Shown: positions 44,477 through 53,739 of the stretch, one piece after another
How the letters are laid out: the number at the start of each line of letters is the position of its first letter
Numbering within the stretch: position 1 is the first letter of the stretch
Source of the DNA: Candidatus Fermentithermobacillaceae bacterium
GTDB taxonomy: Bacteria; Bacillota; Sulfobacillia; Fermentithermobacillales; DUSS01
DNA: 64,000 nucleotides
NCBI GenBank assembly: GCA_012842495.1
Contig: DUSS01000045.1
Location: forward strand, 70,634 to 134,633
Direction: 5' to 3'
The notes under the pieces: generated by a model
Told to the model about the DNA's origin: nothing
The model's database searches: none
What the model saw: only the letters and a program-made list of their open reading frames with translations
Position numbers and translations under genes: made by a program

Positions 44477-45760
44477 TCACGCCCTCGGGTTACGCCTGTC
44501 GCTCAGGGACGCAGGGGATTCGATGCGCTGGGGTTGGCCGGGTCGGTAAAGCTTCCTGGGTCGACGAGCGGGTCTTCCCAAGATGGCAACAGATGTTCCT
44601 CGCTTACCCGGTCGAGTGGGGGAACGGTTAGGGAGTTCCTCGACCGCGACGTCGTAGCCACCCCCAGGGTCGCATCCGGTTTCAAAAGATGCATTCAGGA
44701 CAGCTCTCTCCCGGCTTCTTTGAGCTTCGCGGGCCGCGTAATCCTCGAGGTCGAGGGATTCCTGTGCCCGTTTGAGGATTTCTAAAGACCGCCGGAGTCC
44801 GGTCGCCTCCTGTCCTGTCACCGGAAGCTCCAGGACCTGCATGACTCCTTTTCGTCCTACTATGCAGGGCATGCCGGCGAAGACTTCCTGAACCCCCTGA
44901 CAGTCTCGGAGGAGCGTGGAAACGGAGAACACCGTGCGGGAGTCCTTCAAAATGGCCTGGGTCAGCCGGGTGAGTCCCAGCGCTATGGCGTAATATGTCG
45001 CGCCTTTGGTGTCTATGATGTGGTATGCCGCGTTCCGTACTTGTTCGAAAAGTTCATGTCGCTTCTCCTGAGTTAGGCTGGCAAAAGAGTTGAGAGGAAT
45101 TCCCGCAACGTTGCCGAGGCTCCACGCCACCGTCTCCGAGTCGCCGTGTTCGCCGACGACGTGGATGTGAACGCTTCTGGGGTCGATGTCGAGTTCCCCT
45201 GCGATGCTCCATCTCAACCTGGCGGTATCGAGCAGGGTACCGGAACCCATCACCTGATTCGACGGGAGTCCCGAAGCTTTCCATGCCACATAGCCCATGA
45301 CGTCCACGGGATTTGTCACTACCAGCAGGATGACACGGGGGTTTAAGCGACCCACTTCCCGGGCAATCTCCCATACGATCCTCGAGTTTTCCCGAAGAAG
45401 GTCCATCCGGGTTTCTCCGGGTTTCTGGGACGCTCCTGCGGCGATGACGACTATGTCGGCGCTTTCGGAGTCATCGATAGTCCCGGCCCAGACCGTCGTC
45501 TTTCTGGCGAAAGGAACGGCATGCCCAAGATCGAGAGCTTGACCAATAGCTTTTTCTTTGGCTATGTCCACAATGCATATCTCGTCGGCGACTTCTTCAA
45601 CGAGAAGGGTATAAGCGTAAGTGGAACCGACCAGCCCCGAACCCACTACGACCACCCTGGACGGCTTCGGCGAGAAACCGGATTCACCGACATCCTTCTG
45701 CAGCGTGCGGTGATTATGGGCGGTCTTGCTACCGGATTTACGGTTATTCAGTGGATTCAT
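44477..45760 (-). CDS. ldh: L-lactate dehydrogenase with N- and C-terminal extensions
   Basis: VVVVGSGLVGSTYAY, AGASQKPGETRMDL (Gln at the LDH/MDH discriminating position), VVTNPVD, DTARLR, GEHGDS. GGAGGTG SD before ATG 45760. Confidence 0.85.
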   Translation of the reverse strand: MNPLNNRKSGSKTAHNHRTLQKDVGESGFSPKPSRVVVVGSGLVGSTYAYTLLVEEVADEICIVDIAKEKAIGQALDLGHAVPFARKTTVWAGTIDDSESADIVVIAAGASQKPGETRMDLLRENSRIVWEIAREVGRLNPRVILLVVTNPVDVMGYVAWKASGLPSNQVMGSGTLLDTARLRWSIAGELDIDPRSVHIHVVGEHGDSETVAWSLGNVAGIPLNSFASLTQEKRHELFEQVRNAAYHIIDTKGATYYAIALGLTRLTQAILKDSRTVFSVSTLLRDCQGVQEVFAGMPCIVGRKGVMQVLELPVTGQEATGLRRSLEILKRAQESLDLEDYAAREAQRSRERAVLNASFETGCDPGGGYDVAVEELPNRSPTRPGKRGTSVAILGRPARRPRKLYRPGQPQRIESPASLSDRRNPRA

Positions 45761-45926
45761 CTATTCCACCTCCAGGTGAAGCTTTGCCGGCTGGAGGCAA
45801 GAGACATTCACAAAGACGGATTTCTGCTTTGAAAGCTGGAACGGCCTAATCCGCCGCCGGGGGACCGGCAGCTCAAGGGGTAAGGGTGAGTGGCGAGGAG
45901 TTACAAGCGGCACAAGGCACGTCCAA

Positions 45927-47093
45927 CTACCGCGAAAAATGGCACGCACGGAGGAGGTTTTCGTAAACATGTTCCGTTTGAGCCACCATAGAATCGACGG
46001 AGTAACTGCGGGCAACAAGGTCTCTTCCGTAACGCCCGAGACCTTCTGCGCGGGCGGGGTCGTTGAGCACCATCTGGACGTAGGCCGCAATGGATGGGGC
46101 GCTCAGGGCCTCTGGCGCGTCTCTGGACGTGAAATTCCTCAACGCCAGGAAGGGGAGAGTCTTGTTTTCCACCAGTCCCGTGACGCCCCCGGGACCAGCT
46201 ACGATGACGGGTTTTGCGCACGCCATCGCTTCCAAAGCTACTCTGGACATTCCGACTACCAGGGAGGATACCCAGTAAACGGGGGGCATGTTTTCCACCA
46301 ACCCGAGAACGTGTACTGCTTTCCGGCGGAGGCTGGAGTTAATTTTGGCAGCTTCCGTTTCCACTACCGGGAGATGTGACCCATCGCCGGCGACCAGCAG
46401 GGTGATCCCGGGAATTCCTTTCGCCAAGATGCTCACAGCCTGAATGGTAGCTACGGCTGCCTCTGCAAGCTCCGGGGTGAGTCTCGAAGCATAGGAAAAC
46501 ACAGGCCCATCCGCAGGCGAAAGGCCGAAGAGATTCCTCGAAGCTTCCACTTCCTCGGCGGAAGGTGGACGAAAGATGGTAGTGTCGATACCGTTGGGTA
46601 TCACGACCGTGGACTCGGCGGGTATTCCGAACTCCCTGTCTATGTACCTGCGGATATCTTCGCTCACAGCTATGGTGACGTCTCCCGGCGGGCTAAAGAA
46701 TCTCCATGGGAAACCGCTCTTGAACGGAAAGTGGTACGTCATCACCAGTGGTATTCCGCATTTTCGGGCGACCACTCTAGACAAAACCCCCGGAATGCGG
46801 GCATGAGCGTGGATAAGGCCGATTCTCTCCCTTTGAACCAGGTCGCTCAAGCGGACCAAGCTTTTCCTCATTTTGAGAATGGATCTTGAATCAAGTGGGA
46901 TCTGGACGTGGGGTATGAGCTCCCGGTCGAGTTCGCGAACCTGGTAGCCTCCAGCAGACGCTACTATCACTTGCCAGCCTCTTCTCTTGAGTCCTGTGGC
47001 AAGACTCACGACGTGTGTCTCGGCGCCCCCAAGGCCCAAACTCATCGTGGCCAGGAGCACGGGAGGACGTTTCGAATTGTTTTGTTCCCCCAT
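45927..47093 (-). CDS. Glycosyltransferase family 4 (GT-B fold)
   Basis: N-terminal SLGLGGAETHVVSLATGLKRRGWQV. C-terminal GMSRVALEAMACAKPVIV (E-x7-E region). Confidence 0.82.
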   Translation of the reverse strand: MGEQNNSKRPPVLLATMSLGLGGAETHVVSLATGLKRRGWQVIVASAGGYQVRELDRELIPHVQIPLDSRSILKMRKSLVRLSDLVQRERIGLIHAHARIPGVLSRVVARKCGIPLVMTYHFPFKSGFPWRFFSPPGDVTIAVSEDIRRYIDREFGIPAESTVVIPNGIDTTIFRPPSAEEVEASRNLFGLSPADGPVFSYASRLTPELAEAAVATIQAVSILAKGIPGITLLVAGDGSHLPVVETEAAKINSSLRRKAVHVLGLVENMPPVYWVSSLVVGMSRVALEAMACAKPVIVAGPGGVTGLVENKTLPFLALRNFTSRDAPEALSAPSIAAYVQMVLNDPARAEGLGRYGRDLVARSYSVDSMVAQTEHVYENLLRACHFSR

Positions 47094-47293
47094 GCTTTAA
47101 CAACCCTCTGTTCTCGGTTGATTGGTATGTCCACCGGGTGGTCTGTGGCTCTGTCTTCACGAAAGATTGTATCAAAAGTTTTGCTTGACCTGTTGTCTCA
47201 AGGTCCCCTCCGTGCTATATTCAACAAAACTCCCGTTCCCCCGTTTACGCTGCTACAACGGGGGTAGCGGTATCTGGAGATGAGAGACAAACC

Positions 47294-48658
47294 ATGGCAC
47301 CATCTGACGAGGATCTCCCATTGCAACTTTACCCCGGGATCGAAGTGGGCCCCGGTGGTGAACTCCTGGTGGGAGGACTAAAGGCGCTCGATTTAGCCAG
47401 GACATTTGGAACACCCCTCTACGTATACGTGGAAGACGCTATCCGCTGGAAGGCCCGGGAATACCTTAAGGAATTGCGTCGCATCTCGGTTCCGGCTGAT
47501 GTGGCGTACGCCAGCAAAGCTTACCTGTCTTTGAGGATGGCCCGCGTCGCCGGGGAGGAAGGTTTGTGGCTAGACGTAGCTTCGGCGGGGGAGTTCTTCC
47601 TTGCGACGAAAGCCGGCTTCCCTCCGGAGCGCATTCTGTTTCACGGCAACAACAAGAGCCCGGAAGAGCTGAAAATGGCGATAAAAAACGGAGTGGGAAG
47701 GATCGTTGCCGACAGCTTAGCTGAAATCAAGCGAATTCAGGAGATTGCCTCTGCTTTAGGACGGACCCAGGCAGTGCTCATACGAGTTGCCCCCGGGATC
47801 GATCCTCACACCCATAAAGCCCTGGCGACCGGGCGAATAGATTCCAAGTTCGGTATCCCTGTTTACCGGGGTGCTCACATCGAGGCGGTTCGCCTGGCTC
47901 TAAAGATGAAAAACGTCCGGTTCATGGGTTTTCATTGCCATGTCGGTTCCCAGATCTTCGAGAGAAGGTGGTTTGAACTGGCGGGCAAGACCATGGGTGC
48001 GATTTACGAGGACTGCCTTAAGGCTGCGGGCGTCTTTCCGGAAGAGTGCGATATGGGAGGAGGGCTTGGTGTAGCTTACGTTCCAGAGGACAAGGAGCTT
48101 TCCATCGGAGAATACTGTGAGGCGCTGGTGGGGTCTTTCCGGGATCGTTTGAGTAACCTCGGGTTGCCCATGCCCCGAATCTTCATTGAGCCGGGGAGGT
48201 CAATAGTAGCTCAGGCGGGGATAACTCTGTACAAGGTGGGGACCATAAAAAGACTGCCCTCAGGCCAAAAACTTTTGGCTGTCGACGGGGGCATGGCCGA
48301 TAACCCCCGGCCCATGCTCTATTCAGCTAAATACCGGTGCCTTCTTGCGCGTCAGGCCCGGGAAGGCCAGCTATCCTACAGGGTAGTGGGGAAGAATTGC
48401 GAAGAGGGTGATACCCTCATAGAAGAAGCGTTTCTCCCCATGGTGAGAACCGGAGATATCCTCGCGGTCATGGTGACCGGTGCCTACCACTACTCCATGT
48501 CGTCCAACTACAATGCGCTTCCGAGGCCTGGTGTGGTGCACGTTTACGAGGGGAGAGCTTTTCCGGTGGTGCGCAGGCAAACGTACAGGGACCTCCTGGA
48601 CGAGCAGATTGAAGGGACGGACCGTCTTGCCCTTGCCTCCAATATGGGACAGTTTTGA
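47294..48658 (+). CDS. lysA: Diaminopimelate decarboxylase
   Basis: TPLYVY, YASKA (PLP Lys), HGNNK, HCHVGSQ, GGGLGVAY, EPGRSIV, CEEGD, GAYHYSMSSNYN. Confidence 0.85.
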   Translation: MAPSDEDLPLQLYPGIEVGPGGELLVGGLKALDLARTFGTPLYVYVEDAIRWKAREYLKELRRISVPADVAYASKAYLSLRMARVAGEEGLWLDVASAGEFFLATKAGFPPERILFHGNNKSPEELKMAIKNGVGRIVADSLAEIKRIQEIASALGRTQAVLIRVAPGIDPHTHKALATGRIDSKFGIPVYRGAHIEAVRLALKMKNVRFMGFHCHVGSQIFERRWFELAGKTMGAIYEDCLKAAGVFPEECDMGGGLGVAYVPEDKELSIGEYCEALVGSFRDRLSNLGLPMPRIFIEPGRSIVAQAGITLYKVGTIKRLPSGQKLLAVDGGMADNPRPMLYSAKYRCLLARQAREGQLSYRVVGKNCEEGDTLIEEAFLPMVRTGDILAVMVTGAYHYSMSSNYNALPRPGVVHVYEGRAFPVVRRQTYRDLLDEQIEGTDRLALASNMGQF

Positions 48659-48783
48659 ACATCTTCCGGTCGACTGGGCGGTTTGCGTTGGGTACCATGG
48701 GTTGGGTATAATCGTGACACGTACGGCAAAGGATTCCAGAAGGAACTCCAGACCCTGGATTTCGTCAATATATCTCGGAGGCG

Positions 48784-49848
48784 ATGACGGTGAAAAAGAA
48801 AGCTGCATGGCTTTCGGCAATACTGGTCCTGTGTTTTTCGGTTTCTCTCGCGGCGTGTGCGCCCAAGGACCTGGCTGCTCTGAGCGGCGCAAGCAAAGGG
48901 AAGATTTATGTGGGCGATATGTGGGGGAACAGCGTGCCAGTCCCCGAGCCTCAAGAGCTCCTGAATGCTTTGAAAGCCGCCAAACCCGTAAAGGGCTCCG
49001 AAGATGCCAAACCGGAAACCGAGGCCGACTACGTTATCACGACAACCGACGGGAAAATCTACTACGATGCCGGACGGAAGTATCTGACCTTTGTAAGCTC
49101 CCAAGGGGCTCGCCGGGCGTTCCAGGGAGATCTGTCGGCTGTCCTCACGTCCCTGGCCTCTTTGCTTCCTCCGATATTCACCCCGGGCGTCGATGACAAA
49201 GAACTGGAAAGCTGGCTCCCTTCGCTTACCAGGACGACCGATCCCGTGGCGATGTTCTTTGAGCGGGGAGGGAAGTATTTCCTGGTGGTATGTGCCGGGG
49301 AGGTTCCCACTACGGGTTATTCCCTTGAACTGACGGGAGTGGCATGGGGAACGTCGCCAGGGTGGAACGTCAACAGGGCTTTGCTCAAGTTCAACCTCAA
49401 ACCCCCTGCCGGGAACGAGGCGAAGGTAGTGAGCTATCCTTATCAGGCTTACACGGTGTCAGCTAAGGTACCGGTCGAAGTGGAGTTCGAGGTTCCTACC
49501 GGCACCGGCGAGAAGGTCGTGCGGGTTCCCATGGCCTCCGTGGGGCAAAATGTCATCCTCTTTCAGCCCGAAGCGGGCTCTGTGCTGACGGAACGGGTCA
49601 GACTGGTAGGTAAAGCGCGGGTCTGGGAAGCCACTCTGATGGTGGAGATCGAGGACGGTCACGACGTCCTTGGAAAGAAATCGGTGACAGCCTCGGCAGG
49701 TGCACCGGAGTGGGGAGACTTCGACGTATGGATGGATTTGAAGATGCCGACGAACCCGTTCGGCAGCATCATCTTCACTACTTCTTCTGCTAAAGACGGC
49801 TCGAGAGTGGAGGAACTCCTGGTACCGGTGACATTTGGAGGCAAGTGA
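48784..49848 (+). CDS. Lipoprotein with PrcB-C-like and Gmad2 Ig-like domains
   Basis: Lipobox LAAC. GGKYFLVVCAGEVPTTGYSLELTGV (PrcB_C-like). LVGKARVWEATLMVEIEDGHDVLG...WGDFDVWMDL (Gmad2-like). Confidence 0.7.
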   Translation: MTVKKKAAWLSAILVLCFSVSLAACAPKDLAALSGASKGKIYVGDMWGNSVPVPEPQELLNALKAAKPVKGSEDAKPETEADYVITTTDGKIYYDAGRKYLTFVSSQGARRAFQGDLSAVLTSLASLLPPIFTPGVDDKELESWLPSLTRTTDPVAMFFERGGKYFLVVCAGEVPTTGYSLELTGVAWGTSPGWNVNRALLKFNLKPPAGNEAKVVSYPYQAYTVSAKVPVEVEFEVPTGTGEKVVRVPMASVGQNVILFQPEAGSVLTERVRLVGKARVWEATLMVEIEDGHDVLGKKSVTASAGAPEWGDFDVWMDLKMPTNPFGSIIFTTSSAKDGSRVEELLVPVTFGGK

Positions 49849-49872
49849 CAACTGCTATCACCGTAAAGCCAT

Positions 49873-49914
49873 GGGTCCGGCGGGTCGAAGTTTTCTCGCC
49901 GGACCCTTTCCTTT
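49873..49914 (+). terminator. Bidirectional terminator between convergent genes
   Basis: GGGTCCGGCG...CGCCGGACCC stem followed by TTTCCTTT. Confidence 0.7.
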
Positions 49915-51007
49915 AGTGACCCCAGTGGATTCGCCGCACCGCCGTCAAGAGAAGCCCTGACAGAAACAGGAGACCTGCAACACCCGCAAGGGGATAAACT
50001 GTTCGGACCAGGGTGGAAAAACCGGTTCTCGCCACCAGGAGTGCTGCCAAGGCCGAGGCGAACACCACCAGTTTGAAAGCGGGCGTGTCTTCAGGCCTCA
50101 AGCGGGAGGCCAAGCCGAAGAGATCGGCGACGGCCGTGGTGTAGACCTCCAGCAGGAAGACGGCAGAGTAAATGAGCTTCCCCGAAGGGTGGATGAGTTC
50201 AGCGAAGCGGGCCATGGGAACTTCGTACCTCAACGAGTCAGGAAAGTTCGAGACCAGCGCCAAATAGACGGCTAGAAGGCAGAGGCCGAGGCCGGAAGCT
50301 CCTGCTAAAGACGACTTTCGGAGGTCAGAGGATGTGCTGGTCCTGGCCCCCATTGCGGCCAGCACAGGCACGGCCATTATGATGTTGTAGGAAACGTAAG
50401 CTGCCCCAGATACGAACCATCCCGGCAGCACTGGACCATACCCGGGGGGAGGAGCCGGCAATTTTAACCCCCGAGCGGATGTGGCTTTCATGCTCACGAG
50501 AATCACTGCTCCGATGAGAAAGGGCGCGACGGCGCTGAGAGACGACACCACGCCCTTAAGTCCGAAAACTACCGTAAAGACGCTCGCCGCGGCCATGGCC
50601 GAGGCTCCCCAGACCCACGGCAGCCCGAATTCCTGTCGTAACACCGAACCTGCGCCTGCGAACATGGCACAGGTAGCGCCGAAGAGAAAGAAGGTGACTA
50701 CGAAATCGACAAAGGGTGTCAAAACCTTTCCCACCGCCGACCTTATCACCGGGAGGTGGGAAGTAGCTCGTTCAATCCGACCGAGGTCCATTATGACGTA
50801 GCCGAAGAAGGCGAACCCCGCAGCGGCCAGGACGATGCCTGCGATGCCCGGCCGGCCCAGAAGACCGAAAAACTGAAGGACCTCCTGTCCGGACGCGAAA
50901 CCTGCCCCTACGACGGTTCCCACGTAGGCGAGGGCCATGGCTAACCACGGGATGCTTGACGTTGTGGATGTTTCTTTGCCATGCATTAGTCGGCCCGGCA
51001 TCGACAC
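49913..51007 (-). CDS. YkvI-family membrane protein (putative transporter)
   Basis: VGTVVGAGFASGQEVLQFFG is the YkvI signature. About 10-11 TM segments. Confidence 0.75.
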   Translation of the reverse strand: MSMPGRLMHGKETSTTSSIPWLAMALAYVGTVVGAGFASGQEVLQFFGLLGRPGIAGIVLAAAGFAFFGYVIMDLGRIERATSHLPVIRSAVGKVLTPFVDFVVTFFLFGATCAMFAGAGSVLRQEFGLPWVWGASAMAAASVFTVVFGLKGVVSSLSAVAPFLIGAVILVSMKATSARGLKLPAPPPGYGPVLPGWFVSGAAYVSYNIIMAVPVLAAMGARTSTSSDLRKSSLAGASGLGLCLLAVYLALVSNFPDSLRYEVPMARFAELIHPSGKLIYSAVFLLEVYTTAVADLFGLASRLRPEDTPAFKLVVFASALAALLVARTGFSTLVRTVYPLAGVAGLLFLSGLLLTAVRRIHWGH

Positions 51008-51079
51008 CTTCCCACCAGCGCCCCGTCTCCTTTCGCCCCGACCGCGCGGTCTCCGGAGTATTTAGGCGCTAGGATAGTG

Positions 51080-51922
51080 TTACGACGACCGGGAACCTTT
51101 CATGCTTTCTTCCACCCACCGGCATACCTGACCGATGATGCGCAGCCCCTCTTGGACTTCTTCCTGAGTTTGGACTCTCCCCGGCATATAGTAGTAGACG
51201 CCGTAGTGTTCGATCCTTAGCGTACCGGGGAACTCCTTCATCGTGCCGAAGAACTCCCTCACCGGGGGCGTAAACAGGGCTTCGGCATCGGACGACTGCG
51301 CGCCCGACAGGAAGAACCGGGAATCGAAAGAGTCATCCCCTGTGAGGAAGAGTTTTTTCGGTTGGCGGGATGCCCGGCGTCTCTCCACGAGCGTGAGGGT
51401 GTTGAACGGTATCTTTCTAACCGCTGCGAAACAGGTGGCCTCCGGGGCGCCATAGTCGAAGTCGAGAGCCTTGGGTACCCTCACCACGTAGACCCAGTCC
51501 CCCTCCTTCTTGACGAGGGCTGGGTAGGTTCCCCCCACTTTCCATTTGTATATGTCCTTATCCAGCCATTTCTTTATGTTAAAAAGGTCAGGGTCGGATG
51601 ATTCTTCTTGAGGATTATGGATAGCCCTCATGCCGACGGTATCGGCGAAGAAGGAGAGGGCCCTTTCGTGCCTCTTCACGCTCAGCGCGTAAAGGATGCC
51701 GTAGCTCAGGAATCCTGCGATAATCGCGCCCAGCACGTAACGGCCGACCCAGGGGATCTTGAGGGTTGAGACGACGGCGGCGACAACCACGGTGACCATA
51801 CCCACTGCTATCCCCAGGCGCCTGTACGGGTGCAACGCTTTCCAGTCTCTTGCCTGCCGCGCGTAAAAGAAGAGGGCAACGGCTCCTAGCACGATACCGC
51901 TCCATACCTCCGTATTACGCAT
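51080..51922 (-). CDS. Hypothetical membrane-anchored protein (3 N-terminal TM segments plus soluble domain)
   Basis: AAGGAGGTG lies 6 nt before ATG 51922. TM segments GIVLGAVALFFY, GIAVGMVTVVVAAVV, YVLGAIIAGFLSYGILYAL. Confidence 0.6.
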   Translation of the reverse strand: MRNTEVWSGIVLGAVALFFYARQARDWKALHPYRRLGIAVGMVTVVVAAVVSTLKIPWVGRYVLGAIIAGFLSYGILYALSVKRHERALSFFADTVGMRAIHNPQEESSDPDLFNIKKWLDKDIYKWKVGGTYPALVKKEGDWVYVVRVPKALDFDYGAPEATCFAAVRKIPFNTLTLVERRRASRQPKKLFLTGDDSFDSRFFLSGAQSSDAEALFTPPVREFFGTMKEFPGTLRIEHYGVYYYMPGRVQTQEEVQEGLRIIGQVCRWVEESMKGSRSS

Positions 51923-52141
51923 GCACAACACCTCCTTGCGGGGTTCACTGCCCAATTCGGTTCTGCCTCCGGGAAATCCTCCCGTTCTCACCTGCGAATG
52001 GGGAAAGATATAGCACCCCTGGTTGTGGTTACGCGCCTCGAATCCCAGGCGGACGGTTCACTAAATGACATCTGTATGCTATTATGACGCCGAAAGCTGA
52101 AACGGAGCGGTGCATACGACCTGCCTGGGAGGAGACCGTTT

Positions 52142-52948
52142 ATGAAGAGCAGTCTTAAACTGGGACTTATACTGATGATCATATGCGCTGTTGCCGGTGG
52201 CGGTTTGGCAGCTGTCTACGCTATGACCAAGCCGGTAATCGAGCGGCGCGAGAAAGAAGATTTGTTAAACGCGGCTAAAGCCGCCATCCCCGGTGCCGAG
52301 CTTATTGAAGAGGCTACTGACGAAAAGGGAAATACGTTCTGGATAGGCAAAGCAGGGGAAGAGATCGTAGGCGCCGCTATGCGCGTGAGCGCGTCCGGTT
52401 TCGGGCAATCGCCGATTCAGATAATGGTCGGAGTCGATAAGGAGGGGAAGATAGCTTCCCTTTCGATTTTATCCCTTTCGGAAACGCCCGGCATCGGTTC
52501 TCGAGTCAAAGATCCCGCGTTTCTTCAAAGGTTCATAGGGAAAAAAGACACCTCGAGCGTGGATGGCATTTCCGGAGCGACGGTTTCCTCGTCAGCTGTG
52601 AAGGCAGGCGTAACCCAAGCTCTGGAAATCCTCACTCCCAGGGTTGCGCCATCGGAGGAACGCCCGATCGACCTGGCTTCGATTCCCGACGGCACTTATA
52701 AAGGCACCGGTAATGGTCTCTTCGGCCCTATCGAGGTTTCGGTGACGGTAGCTGGCGGCAAGATAACCAAGATTGAGGTCATCAGTCATTCCGATACTCC
52801 GGATATAGCGTCGCAAGCCGTAAAAGGTGTTCCCAAATCCATGATCGAAGGGCAAAAGGTGGACGTGGACGTTGTCAGCGGCGCCACGTTCACCTCGAAA
52901 GGCATTATCCAGGCGGTGAAAGACGCTTTGTCAAAGGCCACGAAGTGA
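52142..52948 (+). CDS. Membrane-anchored protein with two FMN_bind domains (RnfG/NqrC-like plus a second FMN-binding domain; PplA-like)
   Basis: N-terminal TM LGLILMIICAVAGGGLAAVYA. Two flavinylation-type motifs, DGISGATVSS and DVVSGATFTS. GGGAGGAG SD. Confidence 0.8.
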   Translation: MKSSLKLGLILMIICAVAGGGLAAVYAMTKPVIERREKEDLLNAAKAAIPGAELIEEATDEKGNTFWIGKAGEEIVGAAMRVSASGFGQSPIQIMVGVDKEGKIASLSILSLSETPGIGSRVKDPAFLQRFIGKKDTSSVDGISGATVSSSAVKAGVTQALEILTPRVAPSEERPIDLASIPDGTYKGTGNGLFGPIEVSVTVAGGKITKIEVISHSDTPDIASQAVKGVPKSMIEGQKVDVDVVSGATFTSKGIIQAVKDALSKATK

Positions 52949-52975
52949 GCAAGCAGAGTCCTGTGAGGGGAAATC

Positions 52976-53668
52976 GTGGACAGGATCACGGTGCTCATAT
53001 GCGATGACCATGCCATTGTTCGCGAAGGGACGAAAAAGCTTCTGGAACAGGAAAGCGACATTGAGGTGGTCGGGGAGGCCCGGGACGGTGCGGAAGCGGT
53101 AGAAAAGGCCCGGTCTCTTCGGCCACGCGTCGTCGCGATGGACATCGCGATGCCGGGTATGAACGGCATCGAAGCTACCAGGAAAATCAAGTCTATCTTG
53201 CCCGAGACGGCAGTCATCGCTCTTACCGCGTACGATGACCTGCCGTATATCTCCGCGATACTCGAGTCGGGTGCGGCTGGATACATCCTGAAAAGCGCGA
53301 GATCAGAGGAGCTCATACTTGCCATTCGAGCTGCCGCTACCGGCGACGCGGTACTCAGCCGGTCCGTAGCTCAAAAGGTGTTTTCCCGCGGGATGCGTTT
53401 GACATCGGCGGGGCAGGTTGGTAGCGGCGCGACAAGGAGCCCTGCGGCGGGTCACTCCCTGACCGAAAAGGAAATCGAAGTTCTAAAGCTGGCATCGAAG
53501 GGTCTTTCAAACAAAGAAATAGCTTCGGAATTGGGCATCAGCCCCAGAACCGTGCAGTCTCATATGGCCAGCATTTTCGGGAAGATGGCGGTGGGATCGA
53601 GAACTGAGGCGGTTTTTGAGGCCTTGAAGCGCGGGCTCATCGCTCCTCCGGACGTAGAGATGCGCTGA
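52976..53668 (+). CDS. NarL/LuxR-family response regulator
   Basis: VLICDDHAIV, receiver Asp in VVAMDIAMPGMNG, LuxR HTH LTEKEIEVLKLASKGLSNKEIASELGISPRTVQSH. Confidence 0.92.
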   Translation: MDRITVLICDDHAIVREGTKKLLEQESDIEVVGEARDGAEAVEKARSLRPRVVAMDIAMPGMNGIEATRKIKSILPETAVIALTAYDDLPYISAILESGAAGYILKSARSEELILAIRAAATGDAVLSRSVAQKVFSRGMRLTSAGQVGSGATRSPAAGHSLTEKEIEVLKLASKGLSNKEIASELGISPRTVQSHMASIFGKMAVGSRTEAVFEALKRGLIAPPDVEMR

Positions 53669-53739
53669 CTTGGGTAGCAGGGGAACTCTCGCGCCGCCGC
53701 GCTGGTATAGCTTCCCTCCGACCGTAGAGGTGTCCTGAC

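Noticed and set aside
47240-47266. Hairpin CCCCCGTT-N11-AACGGGGG in the lysA leader as an L-box or attenuator
   Set aside because: No L-box core sequences and no U-tract, and a single 8-bp stem is insufficient evidence.
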